Notes: generated by a model from the sequence alone, not told the origin. A stretch of DNA of 64,000 bases from Candidatus Bathyarchaeota archaeon (GCA_963827165.1 CAWGZR010000005.1:544001-608000), one strand, 5' to 3'. Shown: positions 1-10,003, counted from the stretch's first letter. Numbers and translations are program-made.

Positions 1-1713
1 ATAACCCCTGCCAACTCGTACAATCAAGAAGGCAGCACCGTACCATTAACTGTGACAATAACCGGAGGCAACTCAGGCGCAAGCTACGCAGCAAACGTCA
101 CTGTAGTGCTTCCGAGCCCGCTCAACGGGAACTTTTCAGACTTAGTGCCTTCAACGGCTAACTCTGTAGGAACTGCAACTGCCCAGATTAGCTTCCCCAG
201 TAGCAGCTTCCAATCGGAGGATTCACTGGGCATATCGCCCACTACAGTTTACGCGGGAAACTACACATTATACTTTAACATGACTCAAGCTTTGGGTGAA
301 AACCAGTTTCAAGTAGGCTTCCTTGACAGTGCAACATACCACAGAGGTCAAACAGCAACTGTAGCTGCTCAAGGCTACACGGCTGGGCAGACCGCAATAT
401 TAACCGTGACAAATGCTGCTACTGGTTCAAGCCTTACTACACAACAAGTAACAGCTGACTCCAGCGGAACAATCAGCACAAGCTTCGTGGTTCCTGCTGC
501 CGCAGCTGTCGGAAACTACAAGGTTACAATCACGACAAACAGCGGCACCGCGAAGTTGCTGGCGGACACCCAGTACTTCTCTGTTGTTGGGTACTCCGTC
601 GCCATTACAACGTTAAACCTTGACGGACAAATCGCCCCCAGCGTACTCGTAGTTGTGCAAGATCAAGCCGCAAACACATCTTACAACAAAACAAGCGGCA
701 GCAGCAATGGAGTAGCAAACTTCAACCTTGAAGATGGCCCCTACTTGCTAACTGCCTCCGTTAAAGGGATAAACGTTGGAAATACCAACATAACGGTTAC
801 AGGCGCAGGCAGTTTCTCTTTCACATGTCAGTTAACTGACCTCCTAATCAAGGTGCAAAATGAAAATGGAACGGTTCTGCCTTTCATCAATTTAGATATT
901 TCATCTTCTCAAACCGGGAACATTTCTGTTCAAACGGGCATTACGGGAACTTACACTTTGAACTCCACGTTATCCAACATAGGCTACACAATTAAGGCTT
1001 CATTATACAGTCAAGTGTTCAATTCAGGCAACGAAACCCTCAGCAATCTACCGGCACAAGCAATCTACCAATACACAATAATTTGTCCTACCGAACAGAC
1101 AACAATCAACGTCGTTGGCCACAATAATGCTGCAATCTCCGGCGCAAGCGTAAGGTTCGTTGAATTAACCAACGGTTTATTCTATACTGCCACAACTGAT
1201 AGTTCAGGAACGGCTTCCGCGCCAACTACTTTCGGAATATACAAGGTTCAGATTTACCAAAACGGCATTCTCCTCAACGAGACAACCATCAAAGCTTTCA
1301 CCCCTGGCCAAACCACGATACGTTGCACTCTTTATGGTATTCAAGTGGAAGTCTCAGTTGTGGATTATTTCGGAACACCAATCTCAAACGCTAACGTAAC
1401 AGTGAACGGACCATCGTCAGAACGGTATTCTACTACGACTCCTGGAAACGGAGTAGCCATTTTCAGCAACGTTATCGGCGGTAACTTACAAATAGTCGCG
1501 TTTGCCAAAGGTGCGGAAAGTAGCTATCAAGCCGTATCGTTAACAGTTAACCAGCCGACCTCCGTCCAGATAAAAATGGGCGGGTACGTCGCTCTTGGAT
1601 CCCTCCTGATACCGACCACTGCGCTCTTCACCTTTATCTTAATAATAATCGCGATTGTGCTGCTGGTTGTTGTGGAAATATTCCTGCGGCGAAGACGTGC
1701 CCCTGAAGCTTAA
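1..1713 (+). CDS. Large Thr/Ser/Asn-rich cell-surface protein with repeated beta-sandwich (carboxypeptidase-regulatory-like) domains and C-terminal membrane anchor; 5' end outside window
   Basis: Frame open from base 1; repeats such as 'VSVVDYFGTPISNANVTV' and 'INVVGHNNAAISGASV'; many N-x-S/T sequons; C-terminal hydrophobic helix followed by RRRR. Confidence 0.7.
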   Translation: MTPANSYNQEGSTVPLTVTITGGNSGASYAANVTVVLPSPLNGNFSDLVPSTANSVGTATAQISFPSSSFQSEDSLGISPTTVYAGNYTLYFNMTQALGENQFQVGFLDSATYHRGQTATVAAQGYTAGQTAILTVTNAATGSSLTTQQVTADSSGTISTSFVVPAAAAVGNYKVTITTNSGTAKLLADTQYFSVVGYSVAITTLNLDGQIAPSVLVVVQDQAANTSYNKTSGSSNGVANFNLEDGPYLLTASVKGINVGNTNITVTGAGSFSFTCQLTDLLIKVQNENGTVLPFINLDISSSQTGNISVQTGITGTYTLNSTLSNIGYTIKASLYSQVFNSGNETLSNLPAQAIYQYTIICPTEQTTINVVGHNNAAISGASVRFVELTNGLFYTATTDSSGTASAPTTFGIYKVQIYQNGILLNETTIKAFTPGQTTIRCTLYGIQVEVSVVDYFGTPISNANVTVNGPSSERYSTTTPGNGVAIFSNVIGGNLQIVAFAKGAESSYQAVSLTVNQPTSVQIKMGGYVALGSLLIPTTALFTFILIIIAIVLLVVVEIFLRRRRAPEA

Positions 1714-1734
1714 GGACCAATTTCCCCCTTGATA

Positions 1735-1751
1735 AGAAAAAAGTTTATATC
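1735..1751 (+). promoter_or_regulatory. Putative BRE/TATA promoter
   Basis: Purine run followed by TTTATAT (agaaaaaagtttatat) upstream of the 1827 ORF. Confidence 0.45.
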
Positions 1752-1826
1752 TTTTCTACGAAACATAAAGGAAACAGGACAAAACAACAGCAACATACAA
1801 TTTTGAATTGATGTTGAGGTGTATCT

Positions 1827-2117
1827 ATGGCTCAATCAAAAGCTTGTTCTCCAACATGCAGCGCTTTTAAATGCGGTCAAAACTCTGCTTACTACCAGCG
1901 AGGCTCCAACTATTGCAGATTGACCGAGGAACTATGCAACGTTGCAAACTGCACGTACTCTATGTGTCAAAAAAGACGATTGTTGCCGATGGGCGTTTGC
2001 GGAGAAACCGTCAAACGGCAAACAGTTGAAAAAGACCTAGACGACCCATTCTTCGGCGAATCTATAAAGATCAAGGGAAAAGCTTTGCGCAAACTTGGGG
2101 ACAAAGAAATATACTAA
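1827..2117 (+). CDS. Small Cys-rich hypothetical protein (probably Zn-binding)
   Basis: ATG with GAGGTG Shine-Dalgarno; 8 Cys in the first ~57 aa. Confidence 0.7.
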   Translation: MAQSKACSPTCSAFKCGQNSAYYQRGSNYCRLTEELCNVANCTYSMCQKRRLLPMGVCGETVKRQTVEKDLDDPFFGESIKIKGKALRKLGDKEIY

Positions 2118-2144
2118 GAAGACTAAAAAAAACTAAAACTGAGT

Positions 2145-2167
2145 TACTCGTGAATAAAACACGAGTA
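2145..2167. terminator. Hairpin between convergent genes
   Basis: TACTCGTG-aataaaa-CACGAGTA perfect 8-bp inverted repeat between the 2117 and 2174 stop codons. Confidence 0.45.
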
Positions 2168-2173
2168 TTCCCT

Positions 2174-2335
2174 CTATTTTGATTGAACTCGTTTAACAAC
2201 GGGCGGCTTAATTTTCTTCAGGATCCTGTACCCGCAGATAATGCATTTTGTTTCTCCGCCCCTTAAGTCTAGTTCTTCAGACGGTACTCTCGCTCCGCAT
2301 CTCATGCATTCGTATACAATTCCAGATTTTTCCAT
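2174..2335 (-). CDS. rpoP: DNA-directed RNA polymerase subunit P (Rpo12)
   Basis: MEKSGIVYECMRCG...KCIICGYRILKKIKPPVVKRV zinc ribbon; start moved to ATG 2335 behind GGAGAGG. Confidence 0.93.
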   Translation of the reverse strand: MEKSGIVYECMRCGARVPSEELDLRGGETKCIICGYRILKKIKPPVVKRVQSK

Positions 2336-2412
2336 TGGAAACGCCTCTCCTACAAAGAAAAGTATTTTGCTTTTAAAGGTTTTCCAAGTAAATGACATAA
2401 GAGGATAACTGT

Positions 2413-3282
2413 TTGAGCCGTCGCCGTAGAGAAAAATTATCAATCCATATTCCCCCTGAAAAGTTAAAGCACATCTACAATTCCCTCGACCTAATAGGTG
2501 ACACTGCAATTATCAAAGTGGCCGACGACGGTGTCACCAAGGCTGAAGCTGTAGCCCAGCAAATAATGGCTGTCCACAAGAATGTGAAAACAGTTTTTTT
2601 GCAAACAAGTCCAATCGCGGGCGATTTCAGGGTTAGAGAGCTGAAGCTGCTGGCTGGAGAAGTTGAAACAGTCGCGAAATACCGGGAATCGGGATGCGTT
2701 TTCGCAGTCGACGTTGAGAAATGTTATTTTTCACCTAGGCTTTCGTACGAGCGGGCAAGGATTGCAAGACTTGTTGAGAGCGGCGAAACTGTAATTAACA
2801 TGTTTGCTGGAGTCGGATGTTTCAGCGTAATAATTGCTAAAATCGTGCCTCAGACACAAGTGTTCTCTATTGACATTAACCCAGCGGCATTCCACTTCAT
2901 GCAGGAGAACGTTAGAGTCAACCGGGTTTTCGGTAAGGTCGCTCCACTTTTGGGCGACGCAAAGGACCTAATCAAAGCGCAGCTGTTGGGTAAAGCCGAC
3001 CGAGTTCTGATGCCGTTACCCGAAAAAGCCCTTGAATATCTGCCGTACGCGGTTTCCTCTCTCAAATCGTCGGGCGGCTGGATACACTTCTACGACTTCC
3101 AACATGCCACTGGAGAAGAATCCCCACTTGACAAAACAAAGCAGAAAGTAGCCCAAAAACTCGGCGCCTTAGATATCGGCTACAGGTTTGTTTTTTCCCG
3201 TGTGGTTCGAAGCACAGGTCCTAACTGGTTCCAAACTGTACTCGATATCCAAGTTACCGATGTGCCAAACAAGTTTTTATAG
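2413..3282 (+). CDS. Trm5/Tyw2 (Met-10) family SAM-dependent tRNA modification enzyme
   Basis: LIGDTAII, VDVEKCYFSPRLSYER, NMFAGVGCF, DINP, ADRVLMPLP motifs. Confidence 0.85.
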   Translation: MSRRRREKLSIHIPPEKLKHIYNSLDLIGDTAIIKVADDGVTKAEAVAQQIMAVHKNVKTVFLQTSPIAGDFRVRELKLLAGEVETVAKYRESGCVFAVDVEKCYFSPRLSYERARIARLVESGETVINMFAGVGCFSVIIAKIVPQTQVFSIDINPAAFHFMQENVRVNRVFGKVAPLLGDAKDLIKAQLLGKADRVLMPLPEKALEYLPYAVSSLKSSGGWIHFYDFQHATGEESPLDKTKQKVAQKLGALDIGYRFVFSRVVRSTGPNWFQTVLDIQVTDVPNKFL

Positions 3283-3315
3283 CCTAGACATTAACTATTT
3301 GTTTTGTGATGAAGA

Positions 3316-3585
3316 TTGAAGCGTAAACTCATGGATATTTTGGCTTGCCCCATAGACAAGTATCATCCTTTGGAACTTCACGTGTTTGAGGAGAAAGAAG
3401 AAATCGTGGAAGGTCTGATAGTTTGCCCTAAATGCCTGCGCTGGTATCCCATTAGAGAAGAGATTCCAGAGATGCTTCCTGATGAACTTCGCAAAGAAAC
3501 TGAAGATTTGCCTTTCTTGAAAAAGTGGAAGGCAAAAGTGCCTGAGAAAATAATTGCCGAAGGAAAACCCTTCAACCTAAAGTAA
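3316..3585 (+). CDS. Trm112-family methyltransferase activator
   Basis: LMDILACPIDK...GLIVCPKCLRWYPIREEIPEMLPDELR. Confidence 0.9.
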   Translation: MKRKLMDILACPIDKYHPLELHVFEEKEEIVEGLIVCPKCLRWYPIREEIPEMLPDELRKETEDLPFLKKWKAKVPEKIIAEGKPFNLK

Positions 3586-3588
3586 TTT

Positions 3589-4539
3589 TCATTTTTCCAA
3601 ATTTACAGCCCTATTCTTCGCTGAAGATTTCATTGCGGCCTGAGCTATTTCTAGGGCTTTCACGCCGTCCTCGCCCGTTATAAGGGGCTTTTTCTTTTCA
3701 GTTATGCATTCAGCAAAGTGTTGAAGTTCGCACTTGAGTGGTTCTTGGAATGGGATTCGCGGCTGTAACGTTTCTTTTTGCTGTTCAATCCACATTTCTT
3801 GAGTGATATAGTCCAACCGCATTATCGCGTCGCTTCCCGTCACAGTTAACGTTCGGGTTTTGTAGGGTGTTAGCCAGTTGGATTCTATGAATGCGCTTTC
3901 ACCGTTTTTGTATGTGAGCATTATTTGTGCATAGTCTTCGAATTTTCGGTTCCGCATGCTTCCCATCTTCGCGTAGACGGTTATGGGATCCTGCTGGGAA
4001 ATAAACCGCATTACATCAATGTCATGTATTGCAGTGTCTTTAACCACTCCGACGTCGCCTATACGTTCAGGCCACTGCGAAACACGCTTAGCGTTGGCGC
4101 AAACTAAATCGCCGATTTTTCTTTTTTCAACTGCTTCTCGGATTACCTGCACGCCGGGTATAAACCTCATCAAGAAGCCGACCGTTAAGACGAGACCGTT
4201 CTGCTCGGCTGTAGCACAAAGCTTCTTCGCCTGCTTGGTGTTTGTCGCCATTGGTTTTTCAACCAAGACATGTTTGCCTGCCTTTAACCCCTTGAGCGCT
4301 TCCTTTGCGAGAACCGTTGACCATGTGCAAATGCTTACGGCTTCTATTTCCTTATTTTTGAACATACGCGAGCTGTTTGTGTAGGCTTTCACGCCGTATT
4401 GGTCCGCGATGGCTTTTGCTCTCTCTGGGTTTACGTCGCAAATAGCTATTAGTTCTGTCGAAGGCAATTCTTTGTAAATGCGGGCGTGGTTTTTTCCCCA
4501 AAAACCTGTTCCGATTACTGCTACGCCGATTTTTTTCAT
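3589..4539 (-). CDS. Gfo/Idh/MocA family oxidoreductase (nucleotide-sugar 3-dehydrogenase-like)
   Basis: GTGFWG Rossmann motif, HVLVEKP, DTAIHDID. Confidence 0.88.
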   Translation of the reverse strand: MKKIGVAVIGTGFWGKNHARIYKELPSTELIAICDVNPERAKAIADQYGVKAYTNSSRMFKNKEIEAVSICTWSTVLAKEALKGLKAGKHVLVEKPMATNTKQAKKLCATAEQNGLVLTVGFLMRFIPGVQVIREAVEKRKIGDLVCANAKRVSQWPERIGDVGVVKDTAIHDIDVMRFISQQDPITVYAKMGSMRNRKFEDYAQIMLTYKNGESAFIESNWLTPYKTRTLTVTGSDAIMRLDYITQEMWIEQQKETLQPRIPFQEPLKCELQHFAECITEKKKPLITGEDGVKALEIAQAAMKSSAKNRAVNLEK

Positions 4540-4541
4540 TC

Positions 4542-5879
4542 TTATCCTGTTCCTCTTCCTAATCCACGGTATATGAAGCCTTCTGCTTCTACGGCATTGC
4601 GTTCCAAAACACCTGCTAAATCCACCATTACGGAAGGCGTTTTAGTAATGGCTTTTAGCTTCCTTAGGTTTAGATGCTTGAACTGCTCTTCACCAGTAAG
4701 TATTACTATGCAGTCAACACCTTCAACAGCCTCGTTCAAGCTGCTCTTGACAACTCCCAATTCAGTGGCTTCGCCTTTTGAGGCGGGATCAAATAGGGTG
4801 GCTTTAGCGCCTTTTTGCAACAATAATTTCACGAAGGCTGTGGCGGTTGTACTCGGGCTAACTGCGCCTAAAACCGCAATTCTAGCTCTTCTTAGCGTCT
4901 TGTTACATCTTCGCAAAGCATCTTGGGTCAAATTGACTGCGTGTTTTACCATTTCCTCGTTTATCTGCCTGGCCAAATTCGGCAGCCTAAGTTTGACGTT
5001 AAGGTTGTCTGCACCCTCGAGGAGCAGGTACGCTTCACTCCTGTTTTCTTCATCATTAGTCGTAGGCCAAAAAGTCGGGTCACTGAACTCCGACGTTTTC
5101 GAAACTTCAAAGTAATCCGCATTTGCGCCTTCGCAAAAGATAGCCAATTCACTTGCTAGAGCCGCATTGACATCCTGCCAAGCTGTAGCGAACAGTGTTA
5201 TTATCTCAGCAGTTTTCAAGTTATCCACAGGCTTGACGTCTTTTGCCACGGTTTTTGCAATGTTCAATACTGTGTCTAGATTTCTCTTGTCACACACAGC
5301 AATCTTTAGCTCTAAATCTTCGATAGGCTCAATAAACTGCTTTATTTGCGCGTTATGGACTGGGATGTACGCCAGAATAAAATCTTGACTGGCCTTCAAT
5401 CCTGAAGTGTTCTCCAACGTTTCCTTCATTAGCCCTTCAATGAACCCTAAACCCGCAACTTCACCGTAAATCACCAGCATACCTGAATGCAGAACTGCCC
5501 CAACCTGCTTTAGGATGCTAACCACTTCTGAACGGTCAATTATTTTTTTGTCGTCAATTTTCGCAGCAACAGTAATAATCGCCATGTCGCTGTGGGAAAC
5601 AGCTTTCTTAAGGTCGCTTGTAACGCTCAGCTGCTCCGAGTTGATTAGGTTTTTTATTTTGCTCTCTATTTCCGTCTGCTTGAAGGGCGTTTTTCCTTTT
5701 GTTAATTTTTTTACCACGCTTGGATCGGCATCAGAACACATCACTTTAAAGCCCGCTTTAGCGAAGGCATAGGCGAAAAGAATCCCTTTACGCCCGCAAC
5801 CTATCACGCCTACAGAAAAATTTGAACGCTTTTCGATGGTATCGATGTCATCGGGTCTTAAGTTCAGAAGGTTGGGCAT
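4542..5879 (-). CDS. UDP-glucose/GDP-mannose dehydrogenase family protein with degenerate active site
   Basis: Family architecture (VIGCG, DVNAALASE, ARQINEEM, VILTGEEQF) but catalytic motifs altered; see findings. Confidence 0.75.
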   Translation of the reverse strand: MPNLLNLRPDDIDTIEKRSNFSVGVIGCGRKGILFAYAFAKAGFKVMCSDADPSVVKKLTKGKTPFKQTEIESKIKNLINSEQLSVTSDLKKAVSHSDMAIITVAAKIDDKKIIDRSEVVSILKQVGAVLHSGMLVIYGEVAGLGFIEGLMKETLENTSGLKASQDFILAYIPVHNAQIKQFIEPIEDLELKIAVCDKRNLDTVLNIAKTVAKDVKPVDNLKTAEIITLFATAWQDVNAALASELAIFCEGANADYFEVSKTSEFSDPTFWPTTNDEENRSEAYLLLEGADNLNVKLRLPNLARQINEEMVKHAVNLTQDALRRCNKTLRRARIAVLGAVSPSTTATAFVKLLLQKGAKATLFDPASKGEATELGVVKSSLNEAVEGVDCIVILTGEEQFKHLNLRKLKAITKTPSVMVDLAGVLERNAVEAEGFIYRGLGRGTG

Positions 5880-5910
5880 TCGCCAGTTTTCTCCAAGGCA
5901 ACAAACGCAC

Positions 5911-7278
5911 TTAAAGGTCTTTCAGGGTTTCTTCGAGCTTTGCACTGTAGTCTTTAATTAGCTTTAATGCTTTCTCTTGATTTTTCGCTTCAGCATAGAG
6001 CCTGAAAACGGGTTCGGTTCCGCTTGGCCTAATCAGGATTGCGCTGCTGTCGCTGAACCAAATCTTAACTCCGTCAATGGTGCTTATGTTTTCGCCTTTT
6101 ACTTGCTCGTAGATTTTCTTTAGAAGAGGCTCTTTCTTGTCATCTGGGCACTCGATTTTGCCTTTTTCAATAAAGTACTGCGGCTGCTCAGCTACCAACT
6201 CAGAAAGAGTCTGCCCTGTTTGAGCCATGATATCTAGAAGCAAAGCTGTTGTCATTGCCCCGTCACGGACTGCTTGGTGTGGACCATAAAAGATTCCGCC
6301 GTTTTCTTCCCCGCCCAACTGTGCATTTAGCTCTTTCATTTTTTGCGAAACTGTAACGCTTCCAACTTTGGTCCAGATCAAATCGCCCTTGTAAGCTTCA
6401 ACAGTGTCCTTGATGAGGGTTGAAGAGCTAACTGGCGTGACGATTTTTGCACCAGGTTTTTTGGCGAGAAACTGTTTTATGACTATTGCAAAAGTTTTAT
6501 CTCCCCAATAGATTGTTCCGTCATGACCGGCGAAAATTGATCGGTCAGCGTCGCCGTCGAAGGCTACGCCTATGTCTGCGCCGATGGCTTTAACAGTTGC
6601 AGATAGGTCGGTTAGGTTTTCGGGTCTGGGTTCAGGCATTCTTCCTGGGAAAGTTCCGTCGATGTTGGCGTTTATGCTGGTTACTTTGCAGCCGAGTTCC
6701 CGAAGTAACTGTGGTCCCGTTAAGCCTCCGACGCTATTAGCGGCGTCAACTACAACATGGAAATGTTTTTGCGCGATTTTTTGCAGATTAACATGTTTCT
6801 TAATCGCCTCCAAGTACTCGTCGTTGATTCCAGGTAAATCCTGCACCGTGCCAAGCTTGTCCCATTCCGCGAAAATAATCTTGTTATCAAAATAAATGTT
6901 CTCTATTTCGACTTCTTGTTCATGGGATGTTTCAATCCCGTCGTTCCAAATAACCTTAATACCGTTATATTCAGGCGGGTTATGCGAAGCTGTAATTATC
7001 ACGGCGCCGTCCATCTGATGATTTTTAACTGCAAACTGCAACGAGGGAGTAGGCGCCATCCCCGCCAAGAACACGTGACATCCTGTGGAAGTTAAGCCTG
7101 AAATCACCGCTTTAGAAAGCATACTGCCGCTTGTCCTAGCATCATACCCGACAAGAAGGTTTTTTCTTCCGAAAAAAGTTCCGATTGCACAGCCGACTTT
7201 AATCGCCATTTCAGGCGTCAACTCAACGTTGACTAAACCTCGGATGCCGTTAGTCCCGAAAAGTTTTCTTTCACTCAT
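5911..7278 (-). CDS. glmM: Phosphoglucosamine mutase / phosphohexomutase
   Basis: KLFGTNGIRG, TASHNP catalytic Ser, FDGDADR metal loop, GGEENG, RPSGTEP. Confidence 0.85.
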   Translation of the reverse strand: MSERKLFGTNGIRGLVNVELTPEMAIKVGCAIGTFFGRKNLLVGYDARTSGSMLSKAVISGLTSTGCHVFLAGMAPTPSLQFAVKNHQMDGAVIITASHNPPEYNGIKVIWNDGIETSHEQEVEIENIYFDNKIIFAEWDKLGTVQDLPGINDEYLEAIKKHVNLQKIAQKHFHVVVDAANSVGGLTGPQLLRELGCKVTSINANIDGTFPGRMPEPRPENLTDLSATVKAIGADIGVAFDGDADRSIFAGHDGTIYWGDKTFAIVIKQFLAKKPGAKIVTPVSSSTLIKDTVEAYKGDLIWTKVGSVTVSQKMKELNAQLGGEENGGIFYGPHQAVRDGAMTTALLLDIMAQTGQTLSELVAEQPQYFIEKGKIECPDDKKEPLLKKIYEQVKGENISTIDGVKIWFSDSSAILIRPSGTEPVFRLYAEAKNQEKALKLIKDYSAKLEETLKDL

Positions 7279-7311
7279 AAACTTCACTTCGTTTTTCACG
7301 TAATAGTTAAC

Positions 7312-8388
7312 TTAGGGTTTTATAATGTTTTCAGCGACTTCTTTGGCTGGGCAAATCGAATGTGCGTCTAAGATCTGAAGGTTGTCCTTGATTTTTGCGT
7401 GGTCACCTATAATGCATCCGGTGCCGAGTTTAACTTGTTTGCCTATTTGTGCTCCTTCCCCGATTATTGCTCCTTCAATTTGGGCGAAATTGCCAATGGT
7501 TGCGTGCGGGAAAACAATCGAGTTGCTTATCTGGACGCTCTTGCCTACCGTGACGTTTTCTCCGAGGATTGCGTAGGGGCCTATGACTGATTTTTCCGCT
7601 ATTGAGACTCCTTTGTCAAAAGCAACTGGGTACTTTACCTCAAAGTCTTTTGGTTTTTTCCGTTTTTGGCCGCTAGCCAATGTGTCAAGTATTATTTTGT
7701 TGGTTTGCAAGTATTCTTCTGGTTTGCCTATGTCTATCCAGAGGCCGTTAACGAAGTGTCCGTATAGTTTGCCTTCTTCTGCTAGTTTGGGGAAAACTTC
7801 TCGCTCTACAGAGACAGGTTTTCCTGAAGGTATGTAATCGAAGACTTCGGGGCTCAGAATGTAAACTCCCGCGTTTATGAGGTTGCTTGGCGCACTACCT
7901 TTCGGTGGTTTCTCAACAAATCTTTTTATAAGGTTACCGTCGCCCATTTCTGCAACCCCGTACCTGGACGTTTCCTCCACTTTGCACAGCGCGATAGTTG
8001 CGTATGCGCCAGCTTTCACGTGTGCGTTGAAAAGTTCTCTGTAATTTAAATCAGCAAAGATATCTCCGTTCAAAACAATAAACGGTTCATCATGACCCAA
8101 GAGCCTTTCGGCTTTTTTTACTGGCCCCGCTGTTCCAAGAGGCATCCTTGGCGGGTCGACCGAAAACCTGACTTTCAAGCCATGCCTGTGCGGGCGATTC
8201 TGTTTTATGTAGAATTGGGTTAGCGCGTTGACTCCCATAATAGCTTCTTCGCAGCCGTCTTTTGCCAACTTCTCAAAAATCCACTCGAGAAGCGGTTTAT
8301 TAACGATTGGGAAAAGGGTTTTGGGCCTGGAGCAGCTTAGAGGGCGGAGCCTTGTTGCAAAACCGCCTGCAAGAATCAACGCTTTCAG
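7312..8388 (-). CDS. NDP-sugar pyrophosphorylase (mannose-1-phosphate guanylyltransferase-like) with C-terminal hexapeptide repeats; probable CTG start
   Basis: (M)KALILAGGFATRLRPL..PK, LGTAG, VLNGD, FVEKP, WIDIG. Confidence 0.88.
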   Translation of the reverse strand: MKALILAGGFATRLRPLSCSRPKTLFPIVNKPLLEWIFEKLAKDGCEEAIMGVNALTQFYIKQNRPHRHGLKVRFSVDPPRMPLGTAGPVKKAERLLGHDEPFIVLNGDIFADLNYRELFNAHVKAGAYATIALCKVEETSRYGVAEMGDGNLIKRFVEKPPKGSAPSNLINAGVYILSPEVFDYIPSGKPVSVEREVFPKLAEEGKLYGHFVNGLWIDIGKPEEYLQTNKIILDTLASGQKRKKPKDFEVKYPVAFDKGVSIAEKSVIGPYAILGENVTVGKSVQISNSIVFPHATIGNFAQIEGAIIGEGAQIGKQVKLGTGCIIGDHAKIKDNLQILDAHSICPAKEVAENIIKP

Positions 8389-8452
8389 TTAAAGTCACCT
8401 TTATGTAATTTATGTATTAACGTTTTTTAATATAAACCGTTATTACGCCTTT

Positions 8453-10003
8453 TTATTCCCACTCAATAGTTGCCGGAGGCTTATGAGTAATATCGTACAC
8501 TATGCGAGTGACCTGCGGAATCTCGTTTGAAATCCTTGTTGAAATCTTCTCCAGGACTGGGTAAGGGATTTGGGCGAAGTTGGCGGTCATGGCTTCTCGG
8601 CTTTCCATAGCTCGAACCGCAACCACGTACCCGTAAGCTCTCGAATCCCCTTTAACGCCTGTAGCTTTAGTGTCCGTTAACACGGCAAAATACTGCCACA
8701 GGTCTTCAGCTAACCCGTTTTTCTCAATTTCCTGGCGAACAATTGCGTCAGCCTTCTTGGTTATGTCAACTTTTTCAGGCGTCAGCTCGCCAATTATTCG
8801 GACTGCCAAGCCTGGTCCGGGGAACGGTTGACGATTAACCAGTTCTTTGGGTAATCCGAGCATTTTGGCAACTTTGCGAACCTCGTCCTTATAGAGGTCG
8901 CGGAGGGGCTCCACGATTTTTTCGAATTTGATGTTTTTTGGGATTCCCGCAACGTTGTGGTGTGTTTTTATTAAGTCTGAGTTCTTTCGGCAACCCGATT
9001 CGATTCTGTCGGGGTAAATGGTTCCTTGAAGAAGGTACTTGGCACCTGATTTTTCGGCTTCTTCCTCAAAAACCCTGATGAATTCTTCGCCGATTGCCAT
9101 GCGTTTTAGTTCAGGGTCGACTATGCCTTTGAGCTTTTTCATGAAGCGCTCTTGCGCGTTGGCCATGACAAAGTTGATCGGCAACTTGCCAAACGTTTGG
9201 CAGATGGCTTCAGGTTCCCCTTCACGCATGAACCCGTGATCAACAAAAACTGCGGTTAACTTGTCGCCCAGAGCCTGAGCCGCAAGAGCCGTGGCGACGC
9301 TTGAATCGATGCCTCCACTGAGACCGATTATCGCAGTGTTGCTGCCGATTTCCGATTTGATTTCTGTAACCATTTTCCCAATTATGTCTTCCATCTTCCA
9401 GTTTGGTTGGCACTTGCATACTTCAAAAATGAAGTTTCGGAGCATAAGGGCGCCCTTCTCCGTGTGGATAACTTCAGGGTGCCACTGTAACCCGTAAATC
9501 GGCTTGGTTTTGTGCCTGAAAGCTGCAACTGGGCAGTTTTCCGTATGAGCTAAAGATTCAAAATCATCTGGAAGCGCAAAGACTGTGTCGCCATGGCTCA
9601 TCCATACTTTTTCTTTTTGGCTTAATCCTTCCAATACACCAACAGGCTTGTCAATCGCGACCTGGGCGGTTCCATATTCTTTGCATTCTGCTGGTTCAAC
9701 CTTGCCCTTGGTTAGCTGAGCTAATAGCTGATGTCCATAACATAAACCTAAAATCGGCAGATCAAGCTCTAAAATGCGCGGGTCAAGTTTGGGTGCATTC
9801 GGTTCGTAGACACTTGAGGGTCCGCCTGAAAGAATTAAGCCTTTGACGTTGAATTTTTCATTTAATGCCCTAACTTCCTGTGGGGTTATGTCGTAGGAAA
9901 CTATTTCTGAGAAGACCCCGTTTTCTCTGATTCTTCTACCGATTAGATGGCAGTATTGCCCTCCAAAGTCAAGGACAAGGATAGTGTCGTATTTTGCTTG
10001 CAT
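8453..10003 (-). CDS. guaA: GMP synthase (glutamine-hydrolysing), fused GATase + synthetase
   Basis: LDFGGQY, GLCYGHQ, QWHPEV, SGGIDSS, KTHHNV, PFPGPGLAVR, KPPATIEWE. Confidence 0.97.
   Translation of the reverse strand: MQAKYDTILVLDFGGQYCHLIGRRIRENGVFSEIVSYDITPQEVRALNEKFNVKGLILSGGPSSVYEPNAPKLDPRILELDLPILGLCYGHQLLAQLTKGKVEPAECKEYGTAQVAIDKPVGVLEGLSQKEKVWMSHGDTVFALPDDFESLAHTENCPVAAFRHKTKPIYGLQWHPEVIHTEKGALMLRNFIFEVCKCQPNWKMEDIIGKMVTEIKSEIGSNTAIIGLSGGIDSSVATALAAQALGDKLTAVFVDHGFMREGEPEAICQTFGKLPINFVMANAQERFMKKLKGIVDPELKRMAIGEEFIRVFEEEAEKSGAKYLLQGTIYPDRIESGCRKNSDLIKTHHNVAGIPKNIKFEKIVEPLRDLYKDEVRKVAKMLGLPKELVNRQPFPGPGLAVRIIGELTPEKVDITKKADAIVRQEIEKNGLAEDLWQYFAVLTDTKATGVKGDSRAYGYVVAVRAMESREAMTANFAQIPYPVLEKISTRISNEIPQVTRIVYDITHKPPATIEWE

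Noticed and set aside
4486-5115. 209-aa plus-strand ORF and the many similar antisense ORFs (e.g. 24538-25062, 38503-38988, 53454-54020)
   Set aside because: Lie opposite well-supported genes and show no recognisable motifs
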